NCBI GenBank assembly: GCA_044223005.1
Contig: JBGAML010000027.1
Location: forward strand, 1-32,480
Reading direction: 5' to 3'
DNA: 32,480 nucleotides
Source of the DNA: Candidatus Eiseniibacteriota bacterium
Lineage (GTDB): Bacteria; Eisenbacteria; RBG-16-71-46
The first letter of the stretch is position 1, and each line of letters opens with the position of its first letter. Below, one piece after another: positions 15,399-23,535 of the stretch. The notes below the pieces were generated by a model. The model was given only the letters and a program-made list of their open reading frames with translations, did no database searches and was not told the origin of the DNA. Both the position numbers and the translations under genes were made by a program.

Positions 15399-17747
15399 TC
15401 AGGCCGCCTCGTCCATGGCCGCCGCGAGCATCTCCAGCGCGACGTCGGCGCCGGCCGGACGGTCGATCGGGTTCCGCGCCATGCAGCACATGACGAACTC
15501 GTCCAGCGACTCGGGGATGTCCGGATTGATCGTGCGCGGGTTCGGCACGGTCGGTTCGAGGTGCTGGAAGAGCACGTTGACGGCGTTGGGGCCGTGGAAC
15601 GGCTGCTTGCCGGTGAGCAGCTCCCAGAGCACGACGCCGAACGAGTAGAGGTCGGTGCGGCCGTCGATGGCCTGGCCGGTGATCTGCTCGGGCGAGATGT
15701 ACTCGGGCGTGCCGACGAGGATACCGCTCTGCGTCAGGCGCGAACGCGTCGACTGCCCCACGGACGCGAGGCCGAAGTCGACGATCTTCACGAGGTCGCC
15801 CTCGCCGATCAGGATGTTCGCGGGCTTGATGTCGCGGTGGATGATGCCCAGCGCATGCGCCGCGACGAGGCCGTCGAGCGTCTGGCGAGCGACGGACGCC
15901 AGGCGCTCGACGGGGAAGGCGCCCGTGACGCGCAGTTCGTTGCCGAGGTCGCGGCCCTTGAAGTACTCCATGGAGATGGCGTGCGCGCCCTGCAGGTCGA
16001 GCAGGTCGTGGATGCGGATGACGTTCGGGTGCGTGACGCGCCGCGACAGCCGCAGCTCCTGCACGAAGCGGCGGATCATGCTCTCGTCGAGCGAGAGCTG
16101 CGGGCTCAGCACCTTGAGCACGACCTCTTCGCGCACCACGATGTCCTCGACGCGGTACACCGTGCCGAAGCCGCCACCGCCGATGCGCTCGAGCACCTTG
16201 AAGCGCTTGGCGAGGATCGTCCCGGGCTCGAGCCGCTGGACGTTGAGCGCCGGCGCGATCTCGTGGATCGTCGGCGAGGGGTCCGTCGGCACCGGGTCGG
16301 CTTCCACCGGACGGCCGGTGTCGGGCGAGCGCACCACGCGCGTGAGCGAACGGACGGCGCGCGGGCCGTCCTCGTCCACGCCCACGGAGCCCAGCGTCTC
16401 GCGCGCGAGCGTCCGGCCCTCTTCGGGCAGGCTCTCCGCATCGGCGAAGCGCTGCAGCGCGACCAGGACCTCGCGGCGGATGTCCGTCTCGTCGACGTCC
16501 ACCATCTCGCACAGCGCCGGCAGCGCGCGCATGTCGGGAATCTGGCCGAGCGCCTTGATGCACAGCGTGCGTGCCTTCATGTCCTGGCCCAGCAGCGCGA
16601 GCAGCGGCTCGACGGCGCGCGGATCGCGCGTCTTCGCCAGGGCGTCGATCGCGCGCTCGCGGACCCACCAGTCCTCGTCCTGCAGCGCGGACAGCAGCGC
16701 CTCGACGGCCCGGGAGTCCGGCACCATGTTGAGGATCTCGACCGCGTAGCGCCGCACGAACTCGTCGGCGTCCTTGACGAGGTCGATCACGGCGTCGATC
16801 ACGCGGGGTCCGCCGAGCGAACCGAGAGCGTCGGCGGCCCGGACGCGGACCCACCAGTCGGAGTCGCGCAGCGCGCCGACGAGGTCCTTGACGGCCTCGG
16901 TGGTGACCACCTGGTTGAGGACCTCGACGGCGCCGCGGCGCACGTACTCGGATTCGTCCTTCAGGTACTCGAGCAGGTGCACCACCGACGACGCATCGCC
17001 GATCGAGATCAGCGTCTCGACCGCCGCCGTCTGCACGCGCACATCCGGATCACGCAGGCGCTGGCACAGCGTGCGGACCGCGCTGGCCGCCTGCAGCGTT
17101 CCCAGCGTGCGCACGGCCTCGAGCCGGACGGCGGGATTCTCGTCGCCGAGCAGCTTCTCGACACCGGCCACGACGGGTTCGCCCGGCAGCCGGGCCATGA
17201 GCTTCACGGCGTGCAGGCGCAGCCACCATTCGGCGTGCGTCGCGAGTCGCACCGTGTCCTGGACGATGCTCGAATCGGCACTGCGCTCGAGCAGCCGGAA
17301 CACGGAGCCGCGCGCGTCCTTGCTCAGGTCGGGGAGCACCCGGACGAGCGTGACGGGCTGCAGGCGCTTCATCTGCGATGCGAGGATGCCCTCGAGTCGC
17401 GACTTCGGGATGCGGGCGTCGGCGAACAGCGGCAGGAGCCGCGTGGGATCGTACGATTCGGCTCGCGACATCGCGGCAGTCGCCGCGTCCACGACGGTCG
17501 GCACCGGGGAGCGGAGCGCCTCCATGAACGCAGGCAGCGTCTCGTTGCTGAGCAGGTGCTCCAGCACGTCGATCGACGCTGCGGCGGGACTGCCCTTCGC
17601 GATGGAATCGAAAACCGTGCGGATCGCCGCCGGTCCGAGGGCGATGAGTTCGTCGCGCGCAGCAGCAACCTCCTCGGCCGAGTGCATGCCACTGGCCTGG
17701 AGTCGCTGGGCGTAACGCCCTGCCTGGAATCTCCGCAGGAAACTCAT
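15399..17747 (-). CDS. HEAT-repeat protein fused to a C-terminal Hanks-type Ser/Thr kinase
   Basis: At least 7 repeats of about 31 aa (D.D/E..VR..A...L); kinase motifs GGGGFGTVY, VLKVL, HRDIKPAN, DFG and GTPEYISPE; no transmembrane segment seen. Confidence 0.92.
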   Translation of the reverse strand: MSFLRRFQAGRYAQRLQASGMHSAEEVAAARDELIALGPAAIRTVFDSIAKGSPAAASIDVLEHLLSNETLPAFMEALRSPVPTVVDAATAAMSRAESYDPTRLLPLFADARIPKSRLEGILASQMKRLQPVTLVRVLPDLSKDARGSVFRLLERSADSSIVQDTVRLATHAEWWLRLHAVKLMARLPGEPVVAGVEKLLGDENPAVRLEAVRTLGTLQAASAVRTLCQRLRDPDVRVQTAAVETLISIGDASSVVHLLEYLKDESEYVRRGAVEVLNQVVTTEAVKDLVGALRDSDWWVRVRAADALGSLGGPRVIDAVIDLVKDADEFVRRYAVEILNMVPDSRAVEALLSALQDEDWWVRERAIDALAKTRDPRAVEPLLALLGQDMKARTLCIKALGQIPDMRALPALCEMVDVDETDIRREVLVALQRFADAESLPEEGRTLARETLGSVGVDEDGPRAVRSLTRVVRSPDTGRPVEADPVPTDPSPTIHEIAPALNVQRLEPGTILAKRFKVLERIGGGGFGTVYRVEDIVVREEVVLKVLSPQLSLDESMIRRFVQELRLSRRVTHPNVIRIHDLLDLQGAHAISMEYFKGRDLGNELRVTGAFPVERLASVARQTLDGLVAAHALGIIHRDIKPANILIGEGDLVKIVDFGLASVGQSTRSRLTQSGILVGTPEYISPEQITGQAIDGRTDLYSFGVVLWELLTGKQPFHGPNAVNVLFQHLEPTVPNPRTINPDIPESLDEFVMCCMARNPIDRPAGADVALEMLAAAMDEAA

Positions 17748-17784
17748 GCCGTCCGGAGTTGGTGGGGTCGCCGGGCCGGTTCGG

Positions 17785-18351
17785 TCAGCGGTCCAGGAGG
17801 AACCAGACCAGGCCGGCGCCGAGCACCGCACCGAGCGCGAACGCGACGAGGATCGCGGCGATCGGAGCCGGGCCGGCACGCCGCGCGACGGGCGCGGGAG
17901 CGAAGTCCGGCGGCGGTGCCGGGTTGGATTCCTTCTCGCGCGCGGAGTCGAGCATGTGCCCGAGCTCGGAGCGCGACAGCACGATCGTGTGCTTCTCCTG
18001 GTCGGGCGTCTCGCGGCGCACGCCTTCGGCACCCGACCGGCGGTCCTGGTCGTAGCCGATCCAGAGCGTGTACTTGCCGAAGCGCACGACGTCGTTGTTG
18101 CGCACGGTCGCCGTGTTGATCATCTGGTCGTTCAGGAAGGTGCCGTTGGCACTCCCGAGGTCGACCACCTGGTATTCACCGGCGGGCGTCTTCTCGAGCC
18201 GGAAGTGGTCTCGCGACACACCCGGGTTGTCGACGAAGACATCCGATTCGGGATCACGGCCCACCGTGATCAGCGGCTTGTCGAACGTGTAGTTCCGGAC
18301 AGGACGCCCCATGAGCGCGAGCCGGAGTTTCAGAACGGTCTGATCGGACAT
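17785..18351 (-). CDS. FHA-domain protein with a C-terminal membrane anchor
   Basis: ITVGRD, VSRDH and DLGSANGTFLN phosphothreonine-binding motifs; hydrophobic tail IAAILVAFALGAVLGAGLVWFLL; GGAGG RBS. Confidence 0.92.
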   Translation of the reverse strand: MSDQTVLKLRLALMGRPVRNYTFDKPLITVGRDPESDVFVDNPGVSRDHFRLEKTPAGEYQVVDLGSANGTFLNDQMINTATVRNNDVVRFGKYTLWIGYDQDRRSGAEGVRRETPDQEKHTIVLSRSELGHMLDSAREKESNPAPPPDFAPAPVARRAGPAPIAAILVAFALGAVLGAGLVWFLLDR

Positions 18352-18435
18352 GCTCGAAGCCTCCCCACTCGATCCGGATCGCCCCGCGGCCGCGAGGGAG
18401 CCATGGATCCGAGCCTAAACTTCGGTACCGAGGGG

Positions 18436-18464
18436 GTATCGGCCGGCCGCCCCCCGGCGCTTGA
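18436..18464 (-). promoter_or_regulatory. Sigma28-like promoter for the FHA-kinase-PilT cluster
   Basis: Minus strand CTCAAG-N16-GCCGATAC; both boxes are identical to those of the flgM promoter, with a spacer 1 nt longer. Confidence 0.65.
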
Positions 18465-18486
18465 GCACGAACCCGCGCCCGATGCG

Positions 18487-18520
18487 CGAACGCCCGCGCG
18501 GAAGTCCGCGCGGGCGTTCG
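18487..18520 (-). terminator. Hairpin downstream of the cheY-like gene
   Basis: CGAACGCCCGCGCGGA / TCCGCGCGGGCGTTCG, lying between the cheY stop and the FHA promoter. Confidence 0.6.
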
Positions 18521-18544
18521 TGATCGCACGATCTCGTCGTGGGA

Positions 18545-19078
18545 TCAGCCGTCGGTACCGGTCTTCGGCTCCTCGGCGGTGGCGTCGTCGTCGGCCTCCT
18601 CGGCCGCAGGCGCGGCTTGCGCGGCGGCCGCGGCCTCGGCTTCGGCCGCCTCCGCCGCGGCGATCTCCGCGGCCTCGGCCTCGGCCGCTTCGCGCGCGGC
18701 GGCATCCCGCTGCACGCGGCGCTCGAGCGCCTCCTCGATCTTGGAGCGCAGGACCTCGGGCGTGAACGGCTTGATGATGTAGCCGTCGACGCCCGCGCTC
18801 GCGGCCTCGACGACGTCGTCCTTGCCGTTGCGGGCCGTGATCAGCAGGACGGGGATCGGGGCGAGTTCGGCGTGGGAGCGCAGGTTGCGCACCAGTTCGA
18901 CGCCGGGCATGCCCGGCATGTTCCAGTCGGTGATCACCACGTCCACGTCGGAGGTGCAGACTTCGAGCGCCTGCTTGCCGTCCGACGCCTCGATGATGGA
19001 CTTGAACCCGATGGTGCGGAGGTTGTTGACGAGGATCCGGCGGGTGATCGCGGAATCGTCGACGACGAGGCACTTCAT
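18545..19078 (-). CDS. CheY-like single-domain response regulator with an acidic Ala/Glu-rich tail
   Basis: LVVDDSAITRRIL, ITDWNMPGM, LITA, GYIIKPFTPEVL; GGAGG RBS. Confidence 0.88.
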   Translation of the reverse strand: MKCLVVDDSAITRRILVNNLRTIGFKSIIEASDGKQALEVCTSDVDVVITDWNMPGMPGVELVRNLRSHAELAPIPVLLITARNGKDDVVEAASAGVDGYIIKPFTPEVLRSKIEEALERRVQRDAAAREAAEAEAAEIAAAEAAEAEAAAAAQAAPAAEEADDDATAEEPKTGTDG

Positions 19079-19100
19079 GTGCGTCGGGCCTCCGGGCGCG

Positions 19101-19415
19101 TCAGGCGAGGTCGCGGGCGATGCGGCGAACGACCTGCGCCTGGACGTCCGGGCGGTCGTAGTGTCCGTCGTTCATGCGCGTGGTGATCTCGCGCAGGCGG
19201 TCCGCCGGCAGTTCGCCGCCGCTCGCCTGCAGCGCGTCGCGCTGCTGGAGCTCGCGCGCCTGGGCCGAGATCTGGACGTCGTCGCGGCCGGCCCCCGCGT
19301 TCGCGGGCGTCGTCGGTTCCGACGGGCGTGGCGCCGCGGCCGGAGTGTTCGCGCGTTCGGCGCGACCCACCTGCGGGCGGGGCGTCTGTCCGGAGGAAGT
19401 CGGGCGGACGGTCAT
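19101..19415 (-). CDS. flgM: Anti-sigma28 factor FlgM-like protein
   Basis: About 104 aa; disordered N-terminus, DDVQISAQARELQ and DRLREITTRMNDGHY motifs; flagellar context; sigma28 promoter upstream. Confidence 0.75.
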   Translation of the reverse strand: MTVRPTSSGQTPRPQVGRAERANTPAAAPRPSEPTTPANAGAGRDDVQISAQARELQQRDALQASGGELPADRLREITTRMNDGHYDRPDVQAQVVRRIARDLA

Positions 19416-19511
19416 GGTTCCCTCTTGGCGGTGGCGCGGGCGAGGAGCCTTGCAGCCGAGTCGCACGCCGTTTGCGTGCCCGGTCGGTGGAGCCACCACT
19501 CTCGGCCGGAA

Positions 19512-19539
19512 GTATCGGCCGGTACCGCCCCCGGCTTGA
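19512..19539 (-). promoter_or_regulatory. Sigma28 promoter for flgM-cheY
   Basis: Minus strand TCAAG-N15-GCCGATAC. Confidence 0.75.
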
Positions 19540-19566
19540 GGCCCGGGCGGTGCTTCCCGCCCGGCC

Positions 19567-19962
19567 CTAGGCGCTCGCGGCCGCCGGGGCGGCCACCGGA
19601 GTCGCCAGGCCAGCCGCGATCTCGCGATCGATGTCGATCAGCGACTTCAGGCCGTCCGGGGTGGGCTCGGCGTGCATCTGGAACGTGCGCCGGTCGATGA
19701 AGGCCGAGATCAGCAGGAGGTTGCGCCGCAGGTCGACCGGAAGCGGGCAGTCGGGCGCGGCGATCTCGGTCTGGAAGAAGGTCCAGAGACGCTGGTTGTA
19801 GCGCAATGCCTCGGCGAGCCGTTCGGACCGGTCGGGGGCGTTCCAGGCCTGGCGGCACGCCTCGAGCTGGCGCGCGGCCTTGTAGAGAGCGGCCGCTTCC
19901 AGCTCGCGGCCCGAAGCCGCCCGCGTGCCGCTCTCGTAGGTGCGCTTCGCGCTATTGAACAT
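19567..19962 (-). CDS. flaF: Flagellar biosynthesis regulator FlaF
   Basis: RELEAAALYKAARQL, ALRYNQRLWTFF, PLPVDLRRNLL.IS.FI and LIDIDREIAAGL motifs. Confidence 0.9.
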   Translation of the reverse strand: MFNSAKRTYESGTRAASGRELEAAALYKAARQLEACRQAWNAPDRSERLAEALRYNQRLWTFFQTEIAAPDCPLPVDLRRNLLLISAFIDRRTFQMHAEPTPDGLKSLIDIDREIAAGLATPVAAPAAASA

Positions 19963-20341
19963 TCGAGAGGAGATCCCTTTCGTAGGCCAGTAGTGCCTTG
20001 CCCTGCTTCAATGCGGCGTAGAACTTGCCCTGCTGTACGAGATCCGTGATGGGTCCCAGCCACCGCCGCGAACTCGGGCTCGCGTCCAGGACGTCCTCGA
20101 CCAGTGCGAGGAACGTCTGCTCGTGCGCCGCCCGGCGGGCCGGATCGACGTACATGAGCTGGATCGCCAGCACGATTCGTTCGCACGGGGTGCGGACGAG
20201 CGTCGGGCTGAGGATGTCCGAGCCGCGAAGCACGGGGACTTCGGTCTCCACGAACAATTCGGCACGATGCTTCCCGTTCGTGAGGACCGCGCCACCGAGG
20301 ATCGCGCGCTCGTGGGGTTTCAACGTCAGGCGCAAGGCCAT
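19952..20341 (-). CDS. flbT: Flagellin post-transcriptional regulator FlbT
   Basis: MALRLTLKPHER..LGGAVLTNG, PVLR..DIL, TPCERI..AIQLMY and G.FYAALK; located between flagellin and flaF. Confidence 0.9.
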   Translation of the reverse strand: MALRLTLKPHERAILGGAVLTNGKHRAELFVETEVPVLRGSDILSPTLVRTPCERIVLAIQLMYVDPARRAAHEQTFLALVEDVLDASPSSRRWLGPITDLVQQGKFYAALKQGKALLAYERDLLSNVQ

Positions 20342-20407
20342 GAGTTGGTCCGTTCTGTCTGCGACTTCTTCCTGGATCCCGGCCGTTCCTGCGGCCGGCG
20401 GGCGCCG

Positions 20408-20438
20408 GTGAGCCGGGGAACTTCTGGTCCCGGCTCAC
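20408..20438 (-). terminator. Hairpin downstream of the second flagellin
   Basis: GTGAGCCGGG / CCCGGCTCAC stem; a second stem CCGGCCG/CGGCCGG lies at about 20379-20398. Confidence 0.45.
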
Positions 20439-20463
20439 GGACCCGACGACGGGCCCGCCTGGT

Positions 20464-21282
20464 TCAGAAAAGTCGCATGATGGACGACTGCGCCTGGGAC
20501 GACAGCTGCAGCGCCACGATGCCGAGCTGCTGACGGGTCTGGAGGGCCAGCATGTTGGCCGACTCTTCGTTCGAGTCCGCCGCGGTGAGCTGGTCCGCGC
20601 CCGTCGTCAGCGTGTTGATCATGTTCGTCGTGAAGTCCTGGCGGGCCGTCACGACGCCGTTGTTCGACGACAGCGTCTGCGCCTTGGTGCGGAGCGTGCT
20701 GAGCGCGGAATCGAGCGCCGTCACGGCGGTGTCGATGTTCGCGTCGGTCGCCCAGTTGCCGGCCGCCGCGGCGATGTTCAGGCCACCGGTGCCCGTCGAA
20801 GCGTCGAAGCCGGAGATCGTCAGCGTCGACGTGCCCGCTTCGTTGAAGTCGACCTTGAGGCTGCCGGACGCCAGGAAGTTGGTGCCCTTGTAGCCGGAGT
20901 CCGCAGCCAGCTTGTCGATCTGCGTGCGCAGCGCGTCGAACTGCGACGCGAGCGACGAGCGGTCCGTGGTGCTCGCCGAACGGGCCGACGCCGCGAGACC
21001 CTTCGCCTGCTGGATGAGGTTCGTGATGCCGTCGATGCCCTGGAGGCCGGCCTTCACGGTCTGGATCGCCTCGCCCATGCTGTCCTTACGGGCGGCGAGG
21101 TCCGTCGCGCGGTTCGTCGCGTTCTGGGCGGCGAAGTACGCCGACGGATCGTCGATGGCGCTGTTGACCCGCTTGCCCGTCGAGAGCCGCTGCGTGGTGC
21201 GCGACTGCATCGACGCGACGTTCTGCAGGTTCACCAGGTTGCTGCGCATTCCACCGGCCAGGGTGACGTCGTTGATGGACAT
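20464..21282 (-). CDS. fliC: Flagellin (272 aa), copy 2
   Basis: RLSTGKRVNSAIDDPSAYF N-terminal motif; ADSNEESANMLALQTRQQL..MRLF C-terminal motif. Confidence 0.93.
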   Translation of the reverse strand: MSINDVTLAGGMRSNLVNLQNVASMQSRTTQRLSTGKRVNSAIDDPSAYFAAQNATNRATDLAARKDSMGEAIQTVKAGLQGIDGITNLIQQAKGLAASARSASTTDRSSLASQFDALRTQIDKLAADSGYKGTNFLASGSLKVDFNEAGTSTLTISGFDASTGTGGLNIAAAAGNWATDANIDTAVTALDSALSTLRTKAQTLSSNNGVVTARQDFTTNMINTLTTGADQLTAADSNEESANMLALQTRQQLGIVALQLSSQAQSSIMRLF

Positions 21283-21360
21283 GATGCTCGGTCCCTTTCT
21301 CGGGATCCTGTGGTTCTGGCCCGGCTTCTGCCTGGCTGCCGGCGTTTGCCGACAGCCCTA

Positions 21361-21387
21361 GCGTCGGAGGGGGACGCGGAAACTTGA
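21361..21387 (-). promoter_or_regulatory. Sigma28-like promoter of flagellin copy 2
   Basis: Minus strand CCCTCAAGTTT..TCCGACGCTAG (TCAAG-N14-TCCGACGC). Confidence 0.65.
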
Positions 21388-21590
21388 GGGGGCCAAATCG
21401 CGTCGCAGCCGCGGTTTTCGCGGGCAATTCGCATCCCGCCGCATTGCGCTCCGCGAGCGGGAGGGGGCTCCGGGGAAAACGACACCGGCGGGCGTCGAAG
21501 CCTGGCTTCGAGCCCGCCGGAGCGTACGTCCCTGTGTTCGGGGCGGCCGCGCGTCCTGCGCGTGCGACCCCGTCCTGCCCTTCCGTGGGA

Positions 21591-22409
21591 CTAGAACAGC
21601 CGCATCACGCTCTGCTGCGCCTGCGACGAGAGCTGCAGCGCCACGATGCCGAGCTGCTGGCGCGTCTGCAGCGCGAGCATGTTGGCACCTTCCTCGTTGG
21701 TGTCGGCCGAGGTGAGCTGGTCGGCGCCCGTGGTGAGCGTGTTGATCATGTTCGTCGTGAAGCTCTGGCGAGCCGTCACGACGCCGTTGTTCGACGACAG
21801 CTTCTGCGCGTTGACGCGCAGCGTGGCGAGTGCGGAATCCAGGCTCGTCACGGCGGTGTCGATGTTCGCGTCGGTCGCCCAGTTGCCGGCCGCCGCGGCG
21901 ATGTTCAGGCCGCTCGCGCCCGTCGAGGCGTCGAAGCCGGAGATCGTCAGCGACGACGTGCCGGACTCGTTGAAGTCGACCTTCAGCGTGCCGGCGGCGA
22001 GGAAGTTCGTGCCCTTGTAGCCCGAGTCCGACGCCAGCTTGTCGATCTGGCCGCGGAGCGCGTCGAACTGCGCTGCCAGCGACGAGCGGTCCGCGGTGCT
22101 CGCCGAACGAGCGGACGCCGCGAGACCCTTCGCCTGCTGGATCAGGTTCGTGATGCCGTCGATGCCCTGCAGCGCGGCCTTCACGGTCTGGATCGCCTCG
22201 CCCATGCTGTCCTTGCGGGCGGCGAGGTCGTTCGCGCGGTTCATGGCGTTCTGGGCCGCGAAGTACGCGGACGGATCGTCGATGGCGCTGTTCACGCGCT
22301 TGCCCGTGGAGAGCCGCTCGGTCGTGCGCGACTGGAGGGAGGCCACCGTCTGCAGGCTGACGAGGTTGTTGCGCATTCCGCCCGCAAGAGTGACGTCGTT
22401 GATCGCCAT
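21591..22409 (-). CDS. fliC: Flagellin (272 aa), copy 1
   Basis: Same motifs as copy 2; about 30 substitutions relative to copy 2 by manual count, no indels. Confidence 0.93.
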   Translation of the reverse strand: MAINDVTLAGGMRNNLVSLQTVASLQSRTTERLSTGKRVNSAIDDPSAYFAAQNAMNRANDLAARKDSMGEAIQTVKAALQGIDGITNLIQQAKGLAASARSASTADRSSLAAQFDALRGQIDKLASDSGYKGTNFLAAGTLKVDFNESGTSSLTISGFDASTGASGLNIAAAAGNWATDANIDTAVTSLDSALATLRVNAQKLSSNNGVVTARQSFTTNMINTLTTGADQLTSADTNEEGANMLALQTRQQLGIVALQLSSQAQQSVMRLF

Positions 22410-22490
22410 GGCATGGACCCCTTTCTAGGATCGGAGAAGATGACATCCGGCGTTCTGCCGGGCTGCCGATGTTTGGACCAACGCGAGCTA

Positions 22491-22517
22491 GCTTCGGTGG
22501 GCCGCGCCGGAACTTGA
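22491..22517 (-). promoter_or_regulatory. Sigma28-like promoter of flagellin copy 1
   Basis: Minus strand CCCTCAAGTT..ACCGAAGCTAG (TCAAG-N14-ACCGAAGC); flanks conserved with the copy 2 promoter. Confidence 0.65.
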
Positions 22518-22598
22518 GGGCCCGCGATCCCTCGGTCGGATCGATGCGGGGAAGTGACGGCGAGTACGTGCGCGCGGTCCGGGGCCGTGGAACGCGCG

Positions 22599-22627
22599 CG
22601 CCGGCGCGCGATGGGCGCGCGCCGGCG
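22599..22627 (-). terminator. Hairpin just after the flgL stop
   Basis: CGCCGGCGCGCG / CGCGCGCCGGCG, 12-bp stem. Confidence 0.45.
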
Positions 22628-22633
22628 GCGAAC

Positions 22634-23500
22634 TCACTTGAGGTAGTCGGTGAGCGTGGACTGGAGCACCCGGCCCACGACCGCGTACGCGCGTTCGAGT
22701 GCCGACTGTTCCTGCTGCAGCGTGACGATCGCCGTGGCCGGGTCCACGTTCATGAGCGTGTCGCGGCGGTCGAGCAGCGCCGAACTCTGCGTGGCGAGCT
22801 GGTCGCCCGCGGTCTTCACGTCCTGCAGGCGCGAGCCCACTTCGGACTGCGTCTGCAGCGCGACCTGCACCGCGGACTCGATCGTGTTGGCCGCCGCCGA
22901 GATCTGCGCCGGCGTGCCGCTCTGCAGCTGCTGGATGAGGTTGTCCACCGCCGAGATCGCGCCGGTGAAGAGCGGGAAGCCCGGGTGGTTGAGCCGGAGC
23001 GTGACCCCGTCGCCGATCTGGGTCGTCAGGACGTTGGAGTTGCCCCAGTAGGACCCGTCGGCCTGGAACGGCGGCCCCGTGGTGTACTCGCCGCCGAAGA
23101 TGTACTGGTCGCCGACTCGCGTGTTGCCCAGCGCCACCACCTGTTCCCGCAGCGCGTACGCCTGGTCGAGCGCCGCCTTGCGGGTCGGGTCGTTGGGGTC
23201 CGCCGAGGTCGTCGTGAGTGCCAGGCCCTTGGCTTTCGAGAGCACGTCACGAAGACTGGAGATCGCGGTGTCCTCGACCGATAACTTGGTCGTCGCGAAG
23301 GTGCCGTTCCGTCGGTACTGCTCGATGTCGTGGATCTGGGCCTGCATCCGCATGATCTGCGAAGCATCCACGGGATCGTCGGAAACGGTGTTGATGCGGT
23401 GTCCGGTGGTGGCCTGAGTCGAGGCCTTGGCGATCGCGGTCATTCGTCCGCGGAGCCCGGACATGAGACTCTTCTGAATCATCTGGTTGGTGATCCGCAT
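22634..23500 (-). CDS. flgL: Hook-associated protein 3 FlgL
   Basis: MRITNQM, TTGHRINTVSDDPV, NTRVGDQYIFGG..T.PPF, VG.RL and SALERAY..LQSTLTDYLK; GAGGGG RBS. Confidence 0.88.
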   Translation of the reverse strand: MRITNQMIQKSLMSGLRGRMTAIAKASTQATTGHRINTVSDDPVDASQIMRMQAQIHDIEQYRRNGTFATTKLSVEDTAISSLRDVLSKAKGLALTTTSADPNDPTRKAALDQAYALREQVVALGNTRVGDQYIFGGEYTTGPPFQADGSYWGNSNVLTTQIGDGVTLRLNHPGFPLFTGAISAVDNLIQQLQSGTPAQISAAANTIESAVQVALQTQSEVGSRLQDVKTAGDQLATQSSALLDRRDTLMNVDPATAIVTLQQEQSALERAYAVVGRVLQSTLTDYLK

Positions 23501-23535
23501 AACCCCCTCGTGTGTGCGGGTACGTCTGACACGAA

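Noticed and set aside
14287..16854. Apparent 855-aa PilT fusion
   Set aside because: The upstream part is an off-frame read of the kinase gene; PilT begins at GTG 15396, just past the kinase stop.
22588..22602. TGGAACGCG as a sigma54 promoter near flagellin copy 1
   Set aside because: No GC at the -12 position and wrong orientation for the flagellin.
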